Positions 37,964-46,529 of a stretch of 64,000 nt of DNA are shown here, one piece after another. A model generated the notes under the pieces. The model searched no databases and had not been told where the DNA came from. It saw only the letters and a list, made by a program, of their open reading frames with translations. How positions within the stretch are numbered: the first letter of the stretch is position 1; each line of letters opens with the position of its first letter. A program made the position numbers and the translations under genes. The DNA is from Candidatus Aminicenantes bacterium (GTDB lineage: Bacteria > Acidobacteriota > Aminicenantia > Aminicenantales > Saccharicenantaceae): NCBI GenBank assembly GCA_037447475.1, contig JBBIGP010000008.1:143-64142 (forward strand), written 5' to 3'.

Positions 37964-40120
37964 ATGTCTCACACCATCAGTCTAGAGATCAACAACCGCA
38001 CCCTGACCATCGAGATCGGCAAGGTCGCCAAGCAGGCCGACGGCTCGGCCCTGCTCCGCTACGGCGACACGATGATGCTGGTCACGGCGACCTCCCGCAA
38101 GGAGCAAAAGGACGCCAAGTCCTTCCTGCCCCTCATCGTCGACTACCGCGAGAACACCTACGCGGCCGGCAAGATCCCCGGCGGCTTCTTCAAGCGCGAG
38201 GGCCGTCCCTCGGAGCGCGAGATCCTCATCGCCCGCCTCATCGACCGCCCCGTCCGCCCCCTCTTCCCCGAAGGCTACTTCTTCGACACCCAGATCGTCG
38301 GCCTCCTGCTATCGGCCGACCTCGAGAACGAGCCCGACACGCTCGGCGTCCTGGGGGCCTCGGCGGCCCTCTATTTCTCCGACATCCCCTTCACGACCCC
38401 GCTCGGGGCCGTCAAGGTCGGCTATATCGACGGCCGGCACGTCGTCAATCCGATGAGCACGGACCTCGAATCGAGCCCCCTCAACATGACCGTCGTCAGC
38501 AACGAGGGCGGCATCATCATGATCGAGACCGGGGCCAAGGAGGTCGACGAAGAGACCGTCCTCGAGGGCCTCGCCGTCGCCCACGAGGCCAACCTGCGCC
38601 TCATCCGGGCCCAGAAGGACCTGTTCTCCCAGCTGGGGATCAAGAAGCGGGAATTCGCCCCCAAGACCGTCAACCTCGAGAAGCTGGCCCGGGTCGAGGA
38701 GGCCCACGGCCAGGCCCTCCTCGAAGCCATGCAGGTCAAGGGAAAAATGGCCAACCAGGCCGCCCTCAACGCGGTCATGGACGCCGCCCTGGCCGGCATC
38801 CCCGAGGACGACCTCGAGGACAGGGCCGAGGCCCGGGGGCTCCTCCACAGGCTCGAGGAGAAGCTCTTCCGCGAATTCGTCCTGAAGAACCGTCTGCGGA
38901 CCGACGGCCGGGGCTTCGACGACATCCGGCCCATCTCGATCGACGTCGCCCCCCTGACCCGGACCCACGGTTCGGCCCTCTTCACCCGCGGCGAGACCCA
39001 GTCCCTGGCCACGGTGACCCTGGGGACCTTCGAGGACGCCCAACGCCTGGACAGCCTCGGCGAGGAGTCCAGGAAAAGGTTCATGCTCCATTACAACTTC
39101 CCGCCCTTCTCGGTCGGCGAAGTGGGTTTCCTGAGGGGACCCGGCCGGCGCGAGATCGGTCACGGGGCCCTGGCCGAGAAATCCATCCTGCCGGCCATCC
39201 CCGACCAGGAGACCTTCCCCTACACGATCCGCATCGTCTCCGACATCCTGGAGAGCAACGGCTCCTCGTCCATGGCCACGGTCTGCGGCGGCGTCCTGGC
39301 CCTCATGGACGCCGGCGTCCCTCTGAAGATGATCGTCGCCGGGATCGCCATGGGGCTGGTCAGGCAGGGCGACGAGTACGCCGTCCTGACCGACATCGCC
39401 GGCGTCGAGGACCACCTCGGCGACATGGACTTCAAGATGGCCGGGACCGAAAAGGGCGTCACGGCCGTCCAGATGGACCTCAAGATCCCGTATGTCACCC
39501 TGCCGATGCTCCGGGACATCGTCGCCAAGTCCAAGGCGGCCCGGCTCAAGGTCCTGGCCCGGATGAAAGAGGCCCTGCCCGCGCCGCGGCCCGAGATCTC
39601 GATCTACGCTCCGCGGATCATCATCCTCAACATCAACCCCGAAAAGGTCGGCGAGGTCATCGGGCCCGCGGGCAAGATCATCAAGAAGATCATAAGCCAG
39701 ACCGGGGCCCGGATCGACATCGAGGAGGACGGCCAGATCCTCATCGCCTCGACGGACATGGACGCCGCCGAGAGGGCCAAGCAGATGATCCTCGATCTGA
39801 CCGCCGAGGCCGAGCTCGGCCGGACCTACACGGGCAAGGTCGTCCGACTCGAGGAGTACGGGGCCTTCATCGAGATCATGCCCAATCTCGTCGGCCTTCT
39901 CCACATCTCCGAGGTCGCCCCCTACCGGATCAACAGCATCCGGGACGTCCTCCATCTCGGCGACGCCGTGACCGTCAAGGTCGTCAGCATCGACCCGGCC
40001 GACAACAAGATCCGCCTCAGCAAGAAGGCCCTGGAGGATGGCGGCGACGAACAGGGCGGACGGCCCTCTCCTCCCCGCCCCCCGAGGAAGCATCCCCGGG
40101 AGCGGCGGGGCCGGTTTTGA
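37964..40120 (+). CDS. pnp: polyribonucleotide nucleotidyltransferase (PNPase)
   Basis: 718 aa. Two RNase PH domains (FFKREGRPSEREILIARLIDRP; LHYNFPPFSVGE...GRREIGHGALAE), then KH (KIIKKIISQTGARIDIEEDG) and S1 (GKVVRLEEYGAFIEI) domains. Confidence 0.97.
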   Translation: MSHTISLEINNRTLTIEIGKVAKQADGSALLRYGDTMMLVTATSRKEQKDAKSFLPLIVDYRENTYAAGKIPGGFFKREGRPSEREILIARLIDRPVRPLFPEGYFFDTQIVGLLLSADLENEPDTLGVLGASAALYFSDIPFTTPLGAVKVGYIDGRHVVNPMSTDLESSPLNMTVVSNEGGIIMIETGAKEVDEETVLEGLAVAHEANLRLIRAQKDLFSQLGIKKREFAPKTVNLEKLARVEEAHGQALLEAMQVKGKMANQAALNAVMDAALAGIPEDDLEDRAEARGLLHRLEEKLFREFVLKNRLRTDGRGFDDIRPISIDVAPLTRTHGSALFTRGETQSLATVTLGTFEDAQRLDSLGEESRKRFMLHYNFPPFSVGEVGFLRGPGRREIGHGALAEKSILPAIPDQETFPYTIRIVSDILESNGSSSMATVCGGVLALMDAGVPLKMIVAGIAMGLVRQGDEYAVLTDIAGVEDHLGDMDFKMAGTEKGVTAVQMDLKIPYVTLPMLRDIVAKSKAARLKVLARMKEALPAPRPEISIYAPRIIILNINPEKVGEVIGPAGKIIKKIISQTGARIDIEEDGQILIASTDMDAAERAKQMILDLTAEAELGRTYTGKVVRLEEYGAFIEIMPNLVGLLHISEVAPYRINSIRDVLHLGDAVTVKVVSIDPADNKIRLSKKALEDGGDEQGGRPSPPRPPRKHPRERRGRF

Positions 40121-40144
40121 CATCCGGTCCGGCTCGCTTATAAT
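40117..40144 (+). promoter_or_regulatory. near-consensus sigma70 promoter for the pseudopilin genes
   Basis: TTGACA (40117-40122, overlapping the pnp stop codon), 16-nt spacer, TATAAT (40139-40144). Confidence 0.6.
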
Positions 40145-40175
40145 AAAGTTGCCATCCGTCCGGGAGGCCGAGCCG

Positions 40176-40658
40176 ATGAAGTTCCGACGTCCGGGCGCCG
40201 GGGGATTCACCCTGGCGGAAATGATCATCACCCTCTCCCTCCTGGCCATCCTCGCCTTGTCCGCCCTGCCCCTCGGCAAGATGGCCGCCAAGCACGGCAA
40301 GGAGATCGAGCTCCAGCGGGCTCTCCGGCTCATGCGGGAGTCCATCGACGCCTATAAGAAGCTTGCCGACGAAAAGAAGATCAAGGTCGACAGGGACACG
40401 GAGGGCTACCCCCCGACCCTCGAGGCCCTCGTCGAGGGCGTCGAGATCGAGGAGCAGCGGGACGGCCGGACGGAGAAGAGGGTCGTCAAGTTCCTGCGCC
40501 GCATCCCCAAGGACCCGATGACGAATTCCTTCGATTGGGGGCTGCGCTCCTACCAGGACGACCCGGACTCCGACCGCTGGGGCGAGGAGAACGTCTATGA
40601 TGTCTACACGAAGAGCCAGGCCCTGGCCCTCGACGGGACCAGATACAGGGATTGGTGA
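40176..40658 (+). CDS. prepilin-type N-terminal cleavage/methylation domain protein (GspG-like pseudopilin)
   Basis: MKFRRPGAGGFTLAEMIITLSLLAILA has the G/FTLxE class III signal. The start is at ATG 40176 inside the longer track ORF. Confidence 0.8.
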   Translation: MKFRRPGAGGFTLAEMIITLSLLAILALSALPLGKMAAKHGKEIELQRALRLMRESIDAYKKLADEKKIKVDRDTEGYPPTLEALVEGVEIEEQRDGRTEKRVVKFLRRIPKDPMTNSFDWGLRSYQDDPDSDRWGEENVYDVYTKSQALALDGTRYRDW

Positions 40659-40661
40659 GCC

Positions 40662-41072
40662 ATGAAGCCCGTCCCCAGGACCCCCAAAGGCTTCACGCTC
40701 ATCGAGCTCATCATCGTCCTGAGCATCATCGGGCTCCTCGTCGGCCTGGGCCTGCCCCAGTACAAGTCGGCGTCCATCAAGGCCCGCGAGGCCGTGCTCA
40801 AGGAGAACCTGTTCATCCTCCGCAAGCTCCTCGACCAGTACGCCATGGACAAGGGCAAATACCCGTCCTCCCTGCAGACCCTCGTCCAGGAGGCGTACCT
40901 GCGGGCGATCCCGGTCGATCCCATGACCCGGTCGGCGGAGACCTGGGTCGAGGTCCGCGAGGTCCCGACGCTCGAGGACCCGATGCTCATGGAGCTCCCC
41001 GGGGTCGTCGACGTCAAGTCCGGCTCCGAGGGCAAGTCGCCCATCGACGGCTCGCCCTACAACGCCTGGTGA
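40662..41072 (+). CDS. type II secretion GspG-like pseudopilin
   Basis: PKGFTLIELIIVLSIIGLLVGLGLPQY...AIPVDPMT shows the class III signal plus the GspG-type body. Confidence 0.85.
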   Translation: MKPVPRTPKGFTLIELIIVLSIIGLLVGLGLPQYKSASIKAREAVLKENLFILRKLLDQYAMDKGKYPSSLQTLVQEAYLRAIPVDPMTRSAETWVEVREVPTLEDPMLMELPGVVDVKSGSEGKSPIDGSPYNAW

Positions 41073-41076
41073 CGGC

Positions 41077-41613
41077 ATGGACGCCCGGAACCGGAGGCGC
41101 TGCCGCGGCTATCTCATCATCATGCTGATGATGGCCGTCTTCGTCATCACCATCGGCCTCCTCGTCGCCACGCCCGTCTGGCAGACCGAGATCCAGCGGG
41201 AGAAGGAAGAAGAGCTCATTTTCCGCGGCCGCCAGTACGCGGAGGCCGTGCGCCTCTATCTTCTCAAGAACCCCAACCAATACCCCCGGTCCCTCGAGGA
41301 CCTCCTGGACAAGAAGTGCATCCGCAGGCTCTACAAGGACCCCCTGGGCCCTAACGGGGAATGGGACATCATCCTGGCGACGGGCCGGCCGGGGGGCGGC
41401 GCCGGCCGCGAGAGCGCTCAAGAGGTCCTCGTCGCCCCCCAGAGGGCCCTGCCCTCCATCAAGTCCGCCCGCATCCTGGGCGTCGTCAGCTCGTCGCGCA
41501 AGCGGTCCATCAAGATCTACAACGACCAGGAAAGCCACGACAAGTGGCTTTTTTTCTACGGGCAGGACCCCAAGAAGCTGCCGCGCATCATCACCCACGG
41601 CGAGCAGGACTGA
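41077..41613 (+). CDS. pseudopilin-like membrane-anchored protein lacking the canonical Glu+5
   Basis: RRCRGYLIIMLMMAVFVITIGLLVATPVW is followed by a body resembling the two upstream genes (YPRSLEDLL...KDPLG). No G/FTLxE motif is present. Confidence 0.5.
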   Translation: MDARNRRRCRGYLIIMLMMAVFVITIGLLVATPVWQTEIQREKEEELIFRGRQYAEAVRLYLLKNPNQYPRSLEDLLDKKCIRRLYKDPLGPNGEWDIILATGRPGGGAGRESAQEVLVAPQRALPSIKSARILGVVSSSRKRSIKIYNDQESHDKWLFFYGQDPKKLPRIITHGEQD

Positions 41614-41622
41614 GGCCCGCCG

Positions 41623-42096
41623 TCAGCGCGTGATCTTGAGGACCCAGTCCGGAAGGATGAACTGGAGGCGGTCGTTGACCTTGATCCCGTACTCGGCCGC
41701 CCCGCCCGCCTTGAGTTCGAGGACGTAGCGGGCCGGCAGCCACGGCCCGTAGGAGGGGCACGGGTCTTCCCGGCAGGGGGGGACGTCGGCCTCGATGTGG
41801 ATGACCCTCCTCGAGTTGTCGAGCCAGAGCATGTCGAGCGGGATCCAGGTGTTCTTCATCCAAAACTGGCGGATCTCCTCCTCCTCGAAGACGAAGAGCA
41901 TGCCCTGGTCGACGCCGATCTTTTCCCGGAACATGAGGCCCCGGGCCCGCTCGTCGTCGGAAACAGCCAGCTCGGCGGTCACGGACCGGCCGTCGGGGAA
42001 ATGGACCTTGACGAACCTTTCGCGCTGGCCTGAGAAGCAGGCGATCTGGATCCCGATAAGCATCATCACGAGAACGCGGGCTCGCGGCAAGGACAT
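41623..42096 (-). CDS. DUF192 domain protein
   Basis: AAGGAGG SD. RARGLMFRE...GMLFVFEEE...FWMKNTWIPLDMLWLD matches my recollection of the DUF192 signature. Confidence 0.75.
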   Translation of the reverse strand: MSLPRARVLVMMLIGIQIACFSGQRERFVKVHFPDGRSVTAELAVSDDERARGLMFREKIGVDQGMLFVFEEEEIRQFWMKNTWIPLDMLWLDNSRRVIHIEADVPPCREDPCPSYGPWLPARYVLELKAGGAAEYGIKVNDRLQFILPDWVLKITR

Positions 42097-42126
42097 GTTC
42101 GCCTCCTTCGATGGCGTCCCGGGCGC

Positions 42127-42759
42127 TCAGCGGTCGTCGACGAGCGGCACGAAGCGGACCGGCAGCAGCTTCTTCGTCTCCAGGCCCCCGTCCGACCGGC
42201 GCATGAGGAAGAGCTCCTGGAGATCGGTCCCCACGGGGACGACCATCCGCCCCCCGGGGCCGAGCTGTTCCGTCAGGGCGGGCGGTATCAGGGCCGCCGC
42301 GGCCGTCACGATGACGGCGTCGAACGGAGCCGCTTCGGGCCAGCCTTTCGATCCGTCGCCGATCCTGAAGCGGATTTTCCGGTAGCCCAGGCTTTCGAGA
42401 ACGGCGCGGGCCCGGACGGCAAGGCTCTCGACGATCTCGACGGTCCAGACCTCGCCGGCGATCTCCGCCAGAACGGCCGTCTGGAAGCCCGACCCGGTGC
42501 CCACTTCGAGGACCCGTTCGCTGCCCTGGAGCTCGAGGGCCTCGGTCATATAGGCCACGATATAGGGTTGGGAGATGGTCTGTCCCTCCCCGATGGGCAG
42601 GGGCTCGTCGGCATAGGCCAGGTTCCGCAAGCTCTCGGGAACGAACAGGTGGCGGGGGACTTTGCGCATGGCGTCGAGGACCTTGAGGTCCCGGACCCCA
42701 CGGGCCTTGATCTGCGAATCGACCATGCCCCGGCGTCCTCTCACGAAGTTATCGCTCAT
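42127..42759 (-). CDS. pcm: protein-L-isoaspartate O-methyltransferase
   Basis: VLDAMRKVPRHLFVPE...PLPIGEGQTISQPYIVAYMTEAL...VLEVGTGSGFQTAVLA. Only the C-terminal 210 codons of the track ORF are used. Confidence 0.9.
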   Translation of the reverse strand: MSDNFVRGRRGMVDSQIKARGVRDLKVLDAMRKVPRHLFVPESLRNLAYADEPLPIGEGQTISQPYIVAYMTEALELQGSERVLEVGTGSGFQTAVLAEIAGEVWTVEIVESLAVRARAVLESLGYRKIRFRIGDGSKGWPEAAPFDAVIVTAAAALIPPALTEQLGPGGRMVVPVGTDLQELFLMRRSDGGLETKKLLPVRFVPLVDDR

Positions 42760-42791
42760 CTCAGGCTTGTCGGGAGGGTGGGCCCGTCGCC

Positions 42792-44246
42792 TCAGTAGGC
42801 GCGGGCGAAATAGGCGACGGCCTTGGCCTCCTTGCCGCACGACGCGCAGGGACCGGCGATCTCGGACGGGGTCTGTCCGAGAGGAATGACGCGGACGGTG
42901 GCCATCGTTTCGGCCTTGATCCGATCCTCGCAGCCCTGGTCCCCGCACCAGCCGCTCCTGACGAACCCCCTCGAGGTTTCCATGATGTCCTTGAATTCTT
43001 CGAAGCCGCGGGCGTCCCGCGTGTTCTCCTCCCGGAACCTCAGGGCCCGGTCGAAAAGGGCCTTCTGGACATCCCGGAGGGCCTCCGGGACCCGCTCGCT
43101 CAAGGCGGCCATGAGGACCGTCGCCTTGGCCTTGTTGTCCCGGCGGACCAGCACGAATTGGCCCTGCTTGACGTCCCGGGGACCGACCTCGATCCTCAGG
43201 GGGACCCCGCGCATCTCGTACTCGGCGAACTTCCACCCGGGCGTGAACTCCTCACGGGCGTCCAGCTTCACCCGGCATCCGAGGCGCAGGAGTTCTGCCT
43301 CGGCTTTCCGGGCCACGGGCAAGACGGTCTGTTTCCAATCGCCGATGGCGATGGGCACGATGACGACTTGGACGGGGGCGATGTTGGGCGGGAAAACGAG
43401 CCCGGAATCGTCGCCGTGGGACATGACGACGGCCCCGATGAGACGGGTGGAGACCCCCCACGAAGTCTGCCAAGCATACTGCAGGGCCTGGCCGCGGTCC
43501 TCGAAACGGATATTGAAGACCTTGGAGAAATGCTGGCCCAGGTTGTGGGACGTGCCCATCTGGAGGGCCTTGCCGTCCGACATCAGGCCTTCGATGGCAT
43601 AGGTCATTTGGGCGCCGGCGAACTTCTCCCCCTCCGTCTTGCTGCCGGCCAGTACGGGAATGGCCAGCTCCGTCTCGCTGAATTCCCTATAGATGTCCAG
43701 GATCCTGAGGGTCTCCTCCTGGGCCTCCTCATAGGTCTCGTGGCAGGTATGGCCCTCCTGCCAGAGGAACTCCGTCGTCCGCAGAAAGGGGCGGGTGACC
43801 TTTTCCCAACGGACGACGTTGCCCCACTGATTGATCAGCACGGGCAGGTCGCGATAGGACTTGATCCATTTCGAGTACATGGGCCCGATGATGGCCTCGG
43901 AAGTCGGCCTCACGGCCAGCCGCTCCTCGAGCTCCTCGGCGCCGCCATGGGTCACCCAGGCCACTTCCGGGGCGAATCCCTTGACGTGCTCGGCCTCTTT
44001 CTGGAGGTAGCTCTCGGGAATAAAGAGCGGGAAATAGGCGTTGACGTGGCCCGATTCCTTGAATCGGCGGTCGAGGAGCCTCTGGATGTTCTCCCAGACC
44101 GCGTAGCCATAGGGTCTGATGATCATCATTCCCTTGACCGGGGCGTAGTCGGCCAGTTCCGCCTTGCGGACGATCTCCGTGTACCACCGCGAGAAATCCT
44201 CACTCTTCAGGGTGATCTGTTTGACCTGCCGTTCGTTCTCGCTCAC
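42792..44246 (-). CDS. proS: proline--tRNA ligase (archaeal/eukaryote-like short form)
   Basis: GTG start with a GAGGAG SD. FSRWYTEIVRKAELADYAPVKGMMIIRPYGYAVWE and the C-terminal zinc-binding-type tail ...CGKEAKAVAYFARAY are typical of this ProRS type. Confidence 0.95.
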   Translation of the reverse strand: MSENERQVKQITLKSEDFSRWYTEIVRKAELADYAPVKGMMIIRPYGYAVWENIQRLLDRRFKESGHVNAYFPLFIPESYLQKEAEHVKGFAPEVAWVTHGGAEELEERLAVRPTSEAIIGPMYSKWIKSYRDLPVLINQWGNVVRWEKVTRPFLRTTEFLWQEGHTCHETYEEAQEETLRILDIYREFSETELAIPVLAGSKTEGEKFAGAQMTYAIEGLMSDGKALQMGTSHNLGQHFSKVFNIRFEDRGQALQYAWQTSWGVSTRLIGAVVMSHGDDSGLVFPPNIAPVQVVIVPIAIGDWKQTVLPVARKAEAELLRLGCRVKLDAREEFTPGWKFAEYEMRGVPLRIEVGPRDVKQGQFVLVRRDNKAKATVLMAALSERVPEALRDVQKALFDRALRFREENTRDARGFEEFKDIMETSRGFVRSGWCGDQGCEDRIKAETMATVRVIPLGQTPSEIAGPCASCGKEAKAVAYFARAY

Positions 44247-44275
44247 GTCGTCTCCTCGCCTGCCAGCGCCTTGGG

Positions 44276-44304
44276 ATTCTAGCCGCGGACCCCGATTTTG
44301 TCAA
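44276..44304 (-). promoter_or_regulatory. near-consensus sigma70 promoter for proS-pcm-DUF192
   Basis: Minus strand reads TTGACA (44299-44304), 17-nt spacer, TAGAAT (44276-44281). Confidence 0.6.
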
Positions 44305-44427
44305 GGAAACGGGCCCGCCGGAGGCCGCCCGGGAATATCCCCATGCATTTCACCGGTAGGGGTGATTGACCGGTCCGGACGGCCGTGAGAATGTGGGCTC
44401 GCCAATCCAAGGATAAGGAAGCCAGAT

Positions 44428-44793
44428 ATGTTGAGGAGGACGGACTGGGAGTACAGGCCCGCCAGGGCCCGCTCGGCGGGGCGGGGGTTCAAGCTCTCCC
44501 TCCCCCTGACCGTCGAGGGGGCGGACGCCGACGGCACGATGTTCCGCGAGGAGACCACTCTCCGCTACATGAGCCACGCGGGGGCCCTCTTCCCGCTCCG
44601 GAGCCAGGTCGCCCTGGGCTCCAGGCTCAAGCTGGTGGTCGCCCTGCCAGACAAGCTCGCCGAGGGGAAGGGCCTCAAGCTGGTCGTCAAGGGGACGATC
44701 GTCGATATCGACACGACGGACAGGGAGGAGCATACTCCTCAGGTGGCCCTCCGGCTTGAGAGCCGGTATATCATCGGGGCCGAGGCCGTGTGA
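44428..44793 (+). CDS. small PilZ-like protein, paralogue 1 (partly degenerate motifs)
   Basis: 121 aa. RSAGR (RxxxR-like), then FKLSLPLTVEG...MSHAGALF. Collinear with 46125-46529 (FDLPLPTLVEG...ISSGGAYF...GSKLNL..DLPEKLADGK versus GSRLKL..ALPDKLAEGK). Confidence 0.55.
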   Translation: MLRRTDWEYRPARARSAGRGFKLSLPLTVEGADADGTMFREETTLRYMSHAGALFPLRSQVALGSRLKLVVALPDKLAEGKGLKLVVKGTIVDIDTTDREEHTPQVALRLESRYIIGAEAV

Positions 44794-44875
44794 AATACCC
44801 CCCGTGGAGGCGCTTAGCCCTTATGGGTGACAGGAAGGGGGGGAAAATGACCCCGGGATTCCTCGGGAAAAGCGA

Positions 44876-45301
44876 TTGATGGGCCGGCGAGATAGAGCGA
44901 AAATCCCCGACGGAATGGATACCGCCAAGTCTTTTCATGAACCCTCCTTTCAAGGCGCGGCCAAGGCCGGAAAGAGAGAGCGGGTCTTCGAGCTCTCTCT
45001 TCCGGCGTTGGTCAAGGGCCAGGAAGCGTCCGGCCGGAGGTTCGAGGAGCGGACCGCCGTCTGCGGCATCAGCGCCCAGGAGGTGTCGTTCCGCCTCAAG
45101 TCTCGCCTCATGATCGGCGCCAAGGTCGTCGTCGCCCTGGACGTCCCCCGGACGCTAATCCTCGAGAACCCCCTCCGGATGGTCATCTCCGGGTCCGTCT
45201 CCTATGTCCGGTACGAGCCGTTGAACGGCAAGAGCCAGTACGTCACGGTCAGCTTGGAGCGAGGGTTCCGCCTCCAGCCCAATCCCTACCCGGCCTCTTA
45301 G
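44876..45301 (+). CDS. small PilZ-like protein, paralogue 2 (degenerate; start uncertain)
   Basis: FELSLPALVKGQEASGRRFEERT...ISAQEVSFRL...GAKVVVALDVP is collinear with the other two paralogues, but it lacks RxxxR and the Gly of (D/N)xSxxG. Possible starts are TTG 44876, ATG 44879 and ATG 44915. Confidence 0.45.
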   Translation: MMGRRDRAKIPDGMDTAKSFHEPSFQGAAKAGKRERVFELSLPALVKGQEASGRRFEERTAVCGISAQEVSFRLKSRLMIGAKVVVALDVPRTLILENPLRMVISGSVSYVRYEPLNGKSQYVTVSLERGFRLQPNPYPAS

Positions 45302-45323
45302 CGTCCCGCCGGGGCCCTCAAGC

Positions 45324-45352
45324 TTGACAAGCCCCCGGGGATTGTCTATGAT
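45324..45352 (+). promoter_or_regulatory. near-consensus sigma70 promoter for the LuxR-type regulator/PilZ/coaE string
   Basis: TTGACA (45324-45329), 17-nt spacer, TATGAT (45347-45352). Confidence 0.6.
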
Positions 45353-45384
45353 TCGGACAAATCATGGTCCAAAGGCGTTGACGG

Positions 45385-46107
45385 ATGACAAAATTGCCGA
45401 AGGGAACCGAAACGAGCATGGAGAAAAAAAAGACCCCGCCGTCCACGGACAAGAGAATCACGCTTCTCGTGTTCTGCCCGTCCGACATCATCCTGGCCGG
45501 GATCCTGCGGGCCCTCGAGGCCGACACGGACATGGAGATCGTGAACATCGAGAAGAACACCATCGAGTCCTTCATGGATTCGATCCGCAAGCTCAAGCCC
45601 CAGGTCATCCTGTTCGCCCACATGGAGCCCCTCCCCAATCTCAGGGAGATCTGCAAGGCCATCCGGGAGCTCTCCAAGAGCCAGGGCCGCTCGGAGCTCC
45701 TCCTCATCGGCAGCATCCCGGCCCACGAGGAGATCGTCAACCTCATCAACGCCGGGGCCCGAGGCTATTTCGATCTCAACGACTCCTCCACCCAGCTGCC
45801 GGAAGCCGTCCGGGGCATCCACAAGGGGGAGATCTGGCTCCCCCGAGACAAGATGTCCAGCATCATGGACCGCATCATCTCCGTGGTCGGACGGGACCTC
45901 AAGGAAAAGACCCTGGACCAGCTGACGCCGACGGAGTTCCAGGTCCTCCGTCTCATAGGCCAGGGAAAGAGCAACGACGACATCGCCGAACTCATGTTCA
46001 TCAGCAAGAACACGGTGCGGTCCCACATCAAGAGCATTTACGCGAAGCTCGACACCCATAGCCGTCTCCAGCTGGCGCTCTACGCCATCAATTCGGCCCT
46101 GTTTTAG
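45385..46107 (+). CDS. LuxR/FixJ-type DNA-binding regulator with an aspartate-less (pseudo-)receiver domain
   Basis: The C-terminal HTH is LTPTEFQVLRLIGQGKSNDDIAELMFISKNTVRSHIKSIYAKL. The N-terminal CheY-like fold has FCPSD in place of the acidic pair and VILFAHME in place of the phospho-acceptor D. The start may instead be ATG 45419. Confidence 0.8.
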   Translation: MTKLPKGTETSMEKKKTPPSTDKRITLLVFCPSDIILAGILRALEADTDMEIVNIEKNTIESFMDSIRKLKPQVILFAHMEPLPNLREICKAIRELSKSQGRSELLLIGSIPAHEEIVNLINAGARGYFDLNDSSTQLPEAVRGIHKGEIWLPRDKMSSIMDRIISVVGRDLKEKTLDQLTPTEFQVLRLIGQGKSNDDIAELMFISKNTVRSHIKSIYAKLDTHSRLQLALYAINSALF

Positions 46108-46124
46108 CCCAAGGAATCGAGGTC

Positions 46125-46529
46125 GTGATGAAAAAACGAACCGCCCCCACGAAGAGAGCCAAGCCCCTCCCCGAGGATCTGGAGGTCAACCGCCGCCGGG
46201 AATGGCGGTTCGATCTGCCCTTGCCGACCCTCGTCGAAGGCACGTCGCCGGATGGGAAGGCGTTCAAGGAGAAGACGCTGCTCGAGAACATCTCCTCCGG
46301 AGGCGCCTATTTCTGCCTCGACACGGGGGTCTGCGTCGGCTCCAAGCTCAATCTGTTCATCGACCTCCCGGAGAAGCTCGCCGACGGCAAGAAGATGAGA
46401 CTCCGCATCGGGGGGGTGACCGTCCGCCTCATCAAGCCCGACAAGAAGTCGAAGCGCCAGGGGGTCGCGGTGCGCTTCAAAGATGAGTTCAAAGTCGTCC
46501 CCGCCCGCAAGAAGGCCGCGAAAAAGTAG
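46125..46529 (+). CDS. PilZ domain protein, paralogue 3 (canonical c-di-GMP-binding motifs)
   Basis: RRREWR (RxxxR) is followed 26 residues later by NISSGG ((D/N)xSxxG). 134 aa with a Lys-rich C-terminus. Confidence 0.75.
   Translation: MMKKRTAPTKRAKPLPEDLEVNRRREWRFDLPLPTLVEGTSPDGKAFKEKTLLENISSGGAYFCLDTGVCVGSKLNLFIDLPEKLADGKKMRLRIGGVTVRLIKPDKKSKRQGVAVRFKDEFKVVPARKKAAKK

Noticed and set aside
38309-40345. 678-aa minus-strand ORF
   Set aside because: It is antisense to pnp, one of the most confidently identified genes in the window.
44366-44394. Promoter for the first PilZ-like gene (TTGACC … GAGAAT/GAATGT)
   Set aside because: The spacer is either 15 nt or the -10 is poor (GAATGT). This is not good enough to list as a feature.
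44823-44849. Mini-ORF ATGGGTGACAGGAAGGGGGGGAAAATGA between the first two PilZ-like genes
   Set aside because: It is only 8 codons with no SD. It is most likely a chance ORF inside the SD-like purine tract.
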